Virus record (IMG/VR): IMGVR_UViG_3300029998_000044
Span: 1-52,555 of that record
DNA length: 52,555 nucleotides
Origin: a virus
Taxonomy: Duplodnaviria > Caudoviricetes
Reading direction: 5' to 3' (one strand)
The translations under genes and the position numbers were made by a program. Positions within the stretch are counted from its first letter, which is position 1, and each line of letters begins with the position of its first letter. Under the pieces are notes generated by a model. The model searched no databases and was not told the DNA's origin. It was given only the letters and a program-made list of their open reading frames with translations. Below are positions 46,383 to 52,555 of this stretch, in pieces.

Positions 46383-46874
46383 ATGAGTAATTTATGGGAA
46401 AGATTTGATGGTATAGTAACTGCAACAGAGGTGGATGAAGTAGTAAAGAGTTTTGCACCATTGGTGGCTGGTGAATACGAAGGCAACCTTGAAGAACTAG
46501 TAGCTGGTGAAAGTAAGTCTGGTCTTCCAATGCTTAAAGGTAAGTTTAGACTTGCTTCTAACAGAGTTGTATTTTACAATCAAGTATTGCAGAACGCAAA
46601 CAATCCAGCATTTACTGCTATGAATGTTGCAAAGGCAGTCAATGATGTTGGTTTCATTCTGGGAGAAGAAATTGAGTTTACTACTCTCGGCGAGTTCGCT
46701 GGTATAGTAATGGGAATGACAGGAATGGATGGAAAAGTATTACCAGAATTTGCTGATAAGGTGCTTAGACTCAAGATTTCATACGGTAAGAATGACCTTG
46801 AGATGAAGTTTCCAATAGTATCAGTAGAAGGTGAAGCATTAGTATCAGTAGATGATGGTGATGTTCCTTTCTAA
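46383..46874 (+). CDS. Putative ssDNA-binding protein (DUF669-like)
   Basis: F.P...GEY......ESKSG.PML..F; acidic C-terminal DGDVPF. Confidence 0.7.
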   Translation: MSNLWERFDGIVTATEVDEVVKSFAPLVAGEYEGNLEELVAGESKSGLPMLKGKFRLASNRVVFYNQVLQNANNPAFTAMNVAKAVNDVGFILGEEIEFTTLGEFAGIVMGMTGMDGKVLPEFADKVLRLKISYGKNDLEMKFPIVSVEGEALVSVDDGDVPF

Positions 46875-46913
46875 GCAGAAGACAAGGAGGTGCGAGTCCT
46901 CCAATACATATGA

Positions 46914-46988
46914 TAAATCGTAGTCTAATGGTAAGACAACACACTTTGACTGTGTTAATTAGAAGTTCGAATCTTCTCGATTTAACCA
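46914..46988 (+). tRNA. tRNA-Gln(TTG)
   Basis: Acceptor TAAATCG/CGATTTA, D arm GTCT/AGAC, anticodon ACACA-CTTTGAC-TGTGT, T arm AGAAG-TTCGAAT-CTTCT, encoded CCA. Confidence 0.9.
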
Positions 46989-47120
46989 ATAGACCCACAA
47001 GGCTAATTAAGTGGATTCCATTCGTACGATGGGGAGTTGCTTAAAATCCTCAAATGGTGCTGACCTTAAAAGTGCTAAGTACACGCACAACTCCGTAGGG
47101 TCTGGTCAGCTACGGAATAC
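46989..47120 (+). ncRNA. Candidate structured (pseudoknotted) ncRNA between the tRNAs
   Basis: Several 6-7 bp complementary pairs in a GC-richer intergenic stretch. Confidence 0.45.
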
Positions 47121-47122
47121 AT

Positions 47123-47195
47123 GGGAGGTTAAATAGTAGTAATTGCGTGGACTCCAAACCCATGCACAGATGTTCGATTCGTCTATCTCCCGCCA
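47123..47195 (+). tRNA. tRNA-Trp(CCA) with atypical D arm
   Basis: Acceptor GGGAGGT/ATCTCCC, loop CTCCAAA, T arm AGATG-TTCGATT-CGTCT, encoded CCA. Confidence 0.75.
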
Positions 47196-47205
47196 AAACA
47201 AAAGG

Positions 47206-47234
47206 TTGACCACACACCTAAAGTGTGGTATAAT
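47206..47234 (+). promoter_or_regulatory. SigmaA promoter
   Basis: TTGACC-17bp-TATAAT. Confidence 0.75.
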
Positions 47235-47249
47235 ACATTTAAGAGGTGA

Positions 47250-47789
47250 GTGAGTATGGATGAAATATGGAAACCAATTAAAGATTACGAATGTCTTTAT
47301 GAGGTGAGTAATTGGGGTAGAGTTAAAAGTTTAGAAAAAATTAGGGATACTCCCAACGGTGGAGTTAGAGTATATCCAACTAAAATATTAAAACAACTTA
47401 TAGTAACTGGTGGATATACTAGAGTTAAATTATGTAAAGATGGGAATGTAATTGGTCATTTAACTCATAGATTGGTGGGTGAAACACATATAAATAATGA
47501 TTTTAATAAATTATATATAAACCACAAAGATGGCAATAAAACAAATAACAATGTAGATAATTTGGAATGGTGTACTGCAAAAGAAAATGTAATACACGCT
47601 TTTGCAACAGGGTTAAATCCAATACAACGAATCGTATATCAATTTAATTTAAAATATGAACACATAGGAACATTTAAATCTACAAGAGATGCCGAACGAA
47701 TAACTGGTATAAATCATAGTGGAATTAGTTATTGTGCGTTAGGAAATTACAAACAGTATAAGGGATTTATATGGAGGTATGAATTATGA
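47250..47789 (+). CDS. Free-standing NUMOD4-HNH homing endonuclease
   Basis: EIWKPI.DYE.LYEVSN.GRVKS, HRLV, NHKDGNK.NN...NLEWCT..EN. Confidence 0.92.
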   Translation: MSMDEIWKPIKDYECLYEVSNWGRVKSLEKIRDTPNGGVRVYPTKILKQLIVTGGYTRVKLCKDGNVIGHLTHRLVGETHINNDFNKLYINHKDGNKTNNNVDNLEWCTAKENVIHAFATGLNPIQRIVYQFNLKYEHIGTFKSTRDAERITGINHSGISYCALGNYKQYKGFIWRYEL

Positions 47790-49504
47790 TTTTCTATGAT
47801 TTTGAATGTTTTAAAGAGGACTGGATTATTTGCTGGCTAGATGCAGAAACAAGAAAGATGCACCATATTGTAAATGACAAAGAGAAATTTGAGAAGTTCT
47901 ATGAATATTATAAACATAGAATATGGGTAGGGTATAATAGTAGAAATTACGACCAGTGGATTGCAAAGGCAATATTATGTGACTTCAATCCTTATGATAT
48001 GTCTGATTGGCTCATTAATAAGGGACAAAAGGGATTCATGTTTTCAAAACTACTTAATAAATTTCCAATATTAAACTACGATTGTTCAGTTGGATTCAGA
48101 GGATTAAAAGAACTTGAAGCATTTATGGGACACGATATCCAAGAAACTTCAGTACCATTTGACATTGATAGAAAATTAACAAATGCTGAAATTAACTTGA
48201 CATTGAAATATTGCAAGCATGATGTTATGGAAACATTTGCAGTATTCATAGAAACCAAACAGGAGTTCGAAAGCCATACTGGATTGATAAAGGAATTTGG
48301 TATGCCGATAACAGAGATTAACAAAACCAAAGCACAACTGTCTGCCATGATTCTGGGAGCGAGCAAAAGACCACACAATGATGAATTTGACATTTCATTT
48401 CCAGATACTATGGACTTAGGAAAGCATAACTGGATAGCAGATTGGTATATGGAATGGGCAACAAATGAAAAGGATTATGAAACCATGAAACTCCAGACTG
48501 ATATTAATGGTGTACCACATACTTTTGGAATAGGTGGATTGCATGGTAGCCGAGATAAGTATTTTGGAGAGGGAATATATATCATGGCTGATGTAGGTTC
48601 GTACTATCCAGCTTTAATGATAGAGTATAATTTCCTATCCAGAAATGTATCTAATCCAGCTAAGTACAAAATCATGAGGGATGAAAGGCTCGTTATGAAA
48701 GCCAATAAAGACCCTAGAGAAGCACCTAGAAAGATTGTACTTAATGGTTCATTCGGTGCATCTAAAGACCAGTACAATGCCCTATATGACCCTCTACAGG
48801 CTAATAACACTTGTATTGCTGGTCAGTTACTCCTAATTGATTTGCTTGAAAAACTTGAAGGGAAATGTGAATTGATACAGAGTAATACGGATGGTATTCT
48901 AGTTAAGGTGTATAATTTAGCAGAGAAGGATGAAGTTATTGCTATGTGTGAAGCATGGGGAGCAAGAACTAGAATGACTATGGAATACGATATGTATTCT
49001 AAGGTTATCCAGAAGGATGTAAACAACTATATCATAATTCCAGAAGGTGAATTGTATGATAGCAAAGGCAAGCCAAAATGGAAGTGTAAAGGAGCATGGG
49101 TAAAGAAGTTGAGCCTATTGGACAATGACCTTCCTATCGTAAACAAGGCAGTCAAGGACTACTTTATTTTTGGAATACCAGTGGAGCAGACTATTGGACA
49201 GGCTAATATGTTAATAGACTTCCAGAAGGTTACAAAAATATCCAGTAAGTATTCTCATGGACACCATAATGGAAAGGTAATAACTGGAAAAGTACACAGA
49301 TGTTTTGCAAGTGCAGATTCAAAAGATGGTACACTTTACAAGTATCACAAAGGAAAAGAAGCATTGGAAAAGACTTCCAGTACACCAGTAAACTGTTTTT
49401 TGGATGATGGGAATATTGAAGGTAAGAGAGTGCCAGCTAAACTTGACAAAAACTGGTATATAGATTTAGCCAATCAGAGAATAAAAGATTTTGTTGACAG
49501 ATAG
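47786..49504 (+). CDS. Family B DNA polymerase
   Basis: Exonuclease YDFE and GYN..YD; polymerase DVGSYYP, K..LNG.FG, NTDG. Confidence 0.9.
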   Translation: MIFYDFECFKEDWIICWLDAETRKMHHIVNDKEKFEKFYEYYKHRIWVGYNSRNYDQWIAKAILCDFNPYDMSDWLINKGQKGFMFSKLLNKFPILNYDCSVGFRGLKELEAFMGHDIQETSVPFDIDRKLTNAEINLTLKYCKHDVMETFAVFIETKQEFESHTGLIKEFGMPITEINKTKAQLSAMILGASKRPHNDEFDISFPDTMDLGKHNWIADWYMEWATNEKDYETMKLQTDINGVPHTFGIGGLHGSRDKYFGEGIYIMADVGSYYPALMIEYNFLSRNVSNPAKYKIMRDERLVMKANKDPREAPRKIVLNGSFGASKDQYNALYDPLQANNTCIAGQLLLIDLLEKLEGKCELIQSNTDGILVKVYNLAEKDEVIAMCEAWGARTRMTMEYDMYSKVIQKDVNNYIIIPEGELYDSKGKPKWKCKGAWVKKLSLLDNDLPIVNKAVKDYFIFGIPVEQTIGQANMLIDFQKVTKISSKYSHGHHNGKVITGKVHRCFASADSKDGTLYKYHKGKEALEKTSSTPVNCFLDDGNIEGKRVPAKLDKNWYIDLANQRIKDFVDR

Positions 49505-49522
49505 TGAAAAGCATGATATACT
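49494..49522 (+). promoter_or_regulatory. SigmaA promoter
   Basis: TTGACA-17bp-TATACT. Confidence 0.75.
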
Positions 49523-49553
49523 AGGTTTATGTTAGAGGAAGGGGATTGAGCCT

Positions 49554-51482
49554 ATGCAACTTTTTAAGGGGTATATAGCAAGTAATGGTAAAATTCCCTT
49601 GTCGAGTGTTAAGACAGGGGATATACTTCCAGAGCCACCAGCAACAGGAGATTTTGTAGGGGTTCTGAAAGACAATATAATTCAACTTGATTTTGATGAT
49701 GAAGAAAGTTCCAAGATAGCTTTAGAGATAGTCAACGAGTACAAACTTAGATGTGACATACTCAAGACCACAAGAGGTATTCATTTATACTTCATAGAGG
49801 ATGGCACAGTAAAAAGTCAATCCGTTGGAGTATTCAATGCTATTGGACTTCATTGTGATATTGGATTAGGATTCAAGAACAGAGTGATACCACTCAAAGT
49901 GACCAAGGATAAGAATGTAATCAGAATTGTGAATGGGGAAGAAGTTCAATCGACTACCAAAGAAACCACATTAAGAGAGTGGGTTCAGACATATGATGAA
50001 TTGGATAAACTACCAGCATTTTTCAGACCGATAGGAAAAGTAGACCATAACCTAAAAGGATGTAATACTAGAAACCAAAGCCTATTCAGTTATATACTTG
50101 TACTTCAAACTCACAATTTCAATAAGGATGAAACCAGAAGGACTATCAAAATCATAAACAAGTATGTAGTGGAGTCAGCTTTGGATGATAGCGAGATTGA
50201 TACCATAACAAGGGATGAAGCTTTCTCAGAAGAATTGTTCTACAATGAGAGAGGTAGTTTCCTCCATGACCGTTTCGGTAACTATATGCTCACAAACTGC
50301 AACATCATAATGATTGACGGACAGATACACATTTATACGCACGATAATCTATACAGTAATGACCCAGCAGAGTTTGAAAAAGTAATGCTTGACAAAATAC
50401 CAAGTTTGAGAGATAATCAAAGAAAGGAAGTTTACAAGTATATTGCTTTGAAATGCAGTGCCATTGGAGAGTTCGCTAATTCCAAATATATTGGGTTAAA
50501 AACTACTATATTGGATATTGAAACAGGGGATGAATTTCCATATTCTCCTAAATGGATTATAAACAATAGAATCAATATCGACTATGACCAGACTGCGTAT
50601 TCCAAAGTTATGAATGATACACTGAATAAGGTATGTTGCCATGACCCACAGATAAGGTCTTTACTGGAAGAAATGATAGGGTACACTATGTATCGCAAGA
50701 ACTCAATGCAAGTATGTTTCATATTGACAGGGGAGGGTTCAAATGGTAAGTCAACAATCCTTAATTGTATCAAAAAACTGCTCGGTAAGCAAAATTATAC
50801 TTCACTCGATTTACGGGAACTTGAAGAAACCTTCAAACCAGCCGAACTATACAATAAACTCGCCAATATCGGTGATGATATATCAGCGAAATACCTTGAA
50901 AATTCCTCCGTATTCAAAAAAGTGGTTACAGGAGAATCCTTCATGGTACAACGCAAATATGCTCAGCCGTTTGAACTTGAGTGTTATGCCACACAGATAT
51001 TCTGTGCCAACGAACTTCCACAAGTGCATGACAAGTCAGACGGATTCTCAAGGCGAATAGTGCTTGTACCATTCAATGCCAAATTCCAGAAAACGGATGC
51101 CGATTATGACCCATTCATAGAGGACAAACTTCTATCAGATGAAGCTATAAACTATTTGTTAAAAATTGGCGTTGAGGGATTGACCAGAGTAATATACAAT
51201 AAGCAGTTCACTAAGTCAAGTGCTGGAGAATCTGAGAAGGATGATTATATGAAACTCAATAACAATATGCTTGAATGGTTCGAGAATGACCCTAGCATAG
51301 AGAATGAGAGTGTCAACGATGTATACCTTGCCTATCAAGTCTGGTGCGTTCAGAATGGATGTATGGCAGTTAAAAAGCTTAATTTCAGCAAGGATATAAA
51401 GAAACATAAGAAACTGGTGTCAAAACCTAAGACAATTCAAGGAAAGTCGGTTCGAGTGTATGTGAGGGAGGATGATGTGTAA
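49554..51482 (+). CDS. Primase with SF3 (D5/P4-type) helicase
   Basis: DFD, T.RG.HLYF, RN..LF; Walker A GEGSNGKST; C-terminal winged helix. Confidence 0.9.
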   Translation: MQLFKGYIASNGKIPLSSVKTGDILPEPPATGDFVGVLKDNIIQLDFDDEESSKIALEIVNEYKLRCDILKTTRGIHLYFIEDGTVKSQSVGVFNAIGLHCDIGLGFKNRVIPLKVTKDKNVIRIVNGEEVQSTTKETTLREWVQTYDELDKLPAFFRPIGKVDHNLKGCNTRNQSLFSYILVLQTHNFNKDETRRTIKIINKYVVESALDDSEIDTITRDEAFSEELFYNERGSFLHDRFGNYMLTNCNIIMIDGQIHIYTHDNLYSNDPAEFEKVMLDKIPSLRDNQRKEVYKYIALKCSAIGEFANSKYIGLKTTILDIETGDEFPYSPKWIINNRINIDYDQTAYSKVMNDTLNKVCCHDPQIRSLLEEMIGYTMYRKNSMQVCFILTGEGSNGKSTILNCIKKLLGKQNYTSLDLRELEETFKPAELYNKLANIGDDISAKYLENSSVFKKVVTGESFMVQRKYAQPFELECYATQIFCANELPQVHDKSDGFSRRIVLVPFNAKFQKTDADYDPFIEDKLLSDEAINYLLKIGVEGLTRVIYNKQFTKSSAGESEKDDYMKLNNNMLEWFENDPSIENESVNDVYLAYQVWCVQNGCMAVKKLNFSKDIKKHKKLVSKPKTIQGKSVRVYVREDDV

Positions 51483-52088
51483 ATGAAAACAATAATAAAT
51501 AATGTAGATGGTAGTTGGAAAAATGTTAAAAACAAGTGTCGCACCACTATAAACAAGGAATATTCGGAGGTGGATGCGTCACCTTCCTTTATTTACAAAT
51601 TGCTAATATCAGAGCATAGTCCAATTAGATTGATAAGTGTGGATTGGTCTTGGAAGAAAATACCATATTGGGTTTCAACTGAATGGAGTAGACACAAATT
51701 TGAAAAGTTCATTTCAACACAGAGAACGGATAGGACAGGGATTGAACGAGCCATACTTCCACAAGGAGTTGATGTAAACTTTGATGGATATGCTAATGCT
51801 CAAAACCTCATAGATGCTTGGCGAAAGAGATTATGCTTTCAAGCCACACCAGAAGCCAGAGGACTTGCTATGGACTTCAAATTGAAACTGCAAGATGTGG
51901 AAGTAGAACTTGCAAACGTGCTTGTTCCTAATTGTGTATATCGTGGTGGGTGTCCAGAATTTGTACCTTGTGATTTCTATGGTAAGTTTGTAAATTATTG
52001 TTATGAACATAGTGTGAACATGAATAACATTCAATCCAGATATGATGCTTATAATGAGTTTGTAAGTATACCAGAGTGGTTAAAATAG
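51483..52088 (+). CDS. thyX: FAD-dependent thymidylate synthase
   Basis: EHSP, SRH, STQR, RKRLC.QA..E, PNC.YRGGCPE. Confidence 0.8.
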   Translation: MKTIINNVDGSWKNVKNKCRTTINKEYSEVDASPSFIYKLLISEHSPIRLISVDWSWKKIPYWVSTEWSRHKFEKFISTQRTDRTGIERAILPQGVDVNFDGYANAQNLIDAWRKRLCFQATPEARGLAMDFKLKLQDVEVELANVLVPNCVYRGGCPEFVPCDFYGKFVNYCYEHSVNMNNIQSRYDAYNEFVSIPEWLK

Positions 52089-52115
52089 GGTACAATATGA
52101 ATATATTGTTCGTTA
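52086..52115 (+). repeat. 30-bp cassette-boundary site
   Basis: TAGGGTACAAT-ATGAATAT-ATTGTTCGTTA followed by TTAGAAAGGAG. Confidence 0.8.
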
Positions 52116-52135
52116 TTAGAAAGGAGAATTAAACA

Positions 52136-52339
52136 ATGAGTAAAGCAGACCATCCATATAATAACGTCTTAGGAACACTTGATTTTACAGAAAAGGAAGG
52201 ACTTTTCAAGATAGTACAAAGTAGGTTTGATGATGCGATTAGCATCTTGATAGCAGGACATTTATGGATTGATATAACCGAAGAACAATATGCACATCTG
52301 CAAGATGCAATAAATCTAAGAACAGAAAGAGGATATTAA
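52136..52339 (+). CDS. Hypothetical cassette protein
   Basis: RBS GAAAGGAG after a site. Confidence 0.65.
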   Translation: MSKADHPYNNVLGTLDFTEKEGLFKIVQSRFDDAISILIAGHLWIDITEEQYAHLQDAINLRTERGY

Positions 52340-52340
52340 T

Positions 52341-52416
52341 ATGCTTGGATTAAACACTATTTACAATATGGATTGCTTATGAAGAATATTTAAAATTTCC
52401 AGAATGGTTAAGATAA
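52341..52416 (+). pseudogene. Fused remnants: MTase N-terminus plus diverged thyX 3' end
   Basis: MLGLNTIYNMDCL* overlaps AYEEYLKFPEWLR* (thyX ends AYNEFVSIPEWLK*). Confidence 0.65.
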
Positions 52417-52442
52417 GAATAATATGAATAAATTGTGATTAA
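52413..52442 (+). repeat. 30-bp cassette-boundary site
   Basis: ATAAGAATAAT-ATGAATAA-ATTGTGATTAA. Confidence 0.75.
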
Positions 52443-52448
52443 CATTTT

Positions 52449-52555
52449 GAAAGGAGAAAAATATGAGAACAACGGAAAAAAATAAAGAAATGGCAAATGC
52501 CTTACTTAAACTAATAGCGGAAAATCCAGAATTAGAAGTAGTCCCAATGGTGGAC
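52449..52555 (+). repeat. 107-bp exact direct repeat, copy 2 (window end)
   Basis: Identical to 4015-4121. Confidence 0.95.

Larger units (their letters stand above)
4015..52448. mobile_element. Apparently complete siphovirus genome (~48.4 kb unit, circularly permuted)
   Basis: Full terminase-portal-capsid-tail-lysis and replication modules; 4015-4121 is repeated exactly at 52449-52555. Confidence 0.85.

Noticed and set aside
46989-47060. Theta/HDV-like or pistol ribozyme
   Set aside because: GGATT/AATCC and AGTTGCTTAA are suggestive, but the required P1/P3/P1.1 (HDV) or P1-pseudoknot-P3 (pistol) pairings could not be built
47250-49504. Group I intron or intein in the DNA polymerase
   Set aside because: The HNH gene is free-standing with its own promoter, and the polymerase ORF is continuous with all motifs
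583-52034. Numerous minus-strand ORFs in the track
   Set aside because: They are antisense shadows of well-supported plus-strand genes, without RBSs or recognisable motifs
4015-52448. Stop-codon reassignment
   Set aside because: Core genes are full length under code 11, all three stop codons are used, and the tRNAs are not suppressors
4015-52448. Lysogeny module (integrase or CI)
   Set aside because: No tyrosine or serine recombinase, CI-like repressor or ParA recognised; the only XRE gene is in the 1-4014 segment

Overview
The window is AT-rich phage DNA with a Bacillota/Clostridia-like character. Bases 4015-52448 appear to be a complete ~48.4 kb siphovirus genome, because the last 107 bp of the window exactly repeat 4015-4121. 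Bases 1-4014 look like part of a second, related phage (own amidase, holin, Cro-like gene, MTase and ERF). The main genome encodes nucleotide metabolism (NrdH-like, NrdD, NrdG, dUTPase, ThyX), replication and recombination (PolB, primase-SF3 helicase, RecT-like, PD-(D/E)XK, ERCC4, sigma-like factor), two tRNAs, terminase, head and tail genes and a large lysis cassette. No integrase, CI repressor or reverse transcriptase was recognised. The most striking unexplained signal is a family of about 17 30-bp inverted-repeat sites (11-bp arm, 8-bp A-rich spacer, 11-bp arm; core CAAY-N8-ATTG). They sit between a stop codon and the next RBS and bracket small accessory genes like integron cassettes. One copy lies in frame inside a gene and, with a second copy, brackets a compositionally foreign module encoding a DGR-type variable-region protein, although no TR or RT is present. 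This suggests an undescribed site-specific gene-cassette exchange system; the mechanism is inference. Other notable items are a candidate pseudoknotted ncRNA between the tRNAs, two paralogous origin-like regions, 9-bp arrays and DnaA boxes between terS and terL, duplicated tail tube genes, and a papain-like protease in the lysis module. All calls come from reading motifs by eye; no database searches were run.
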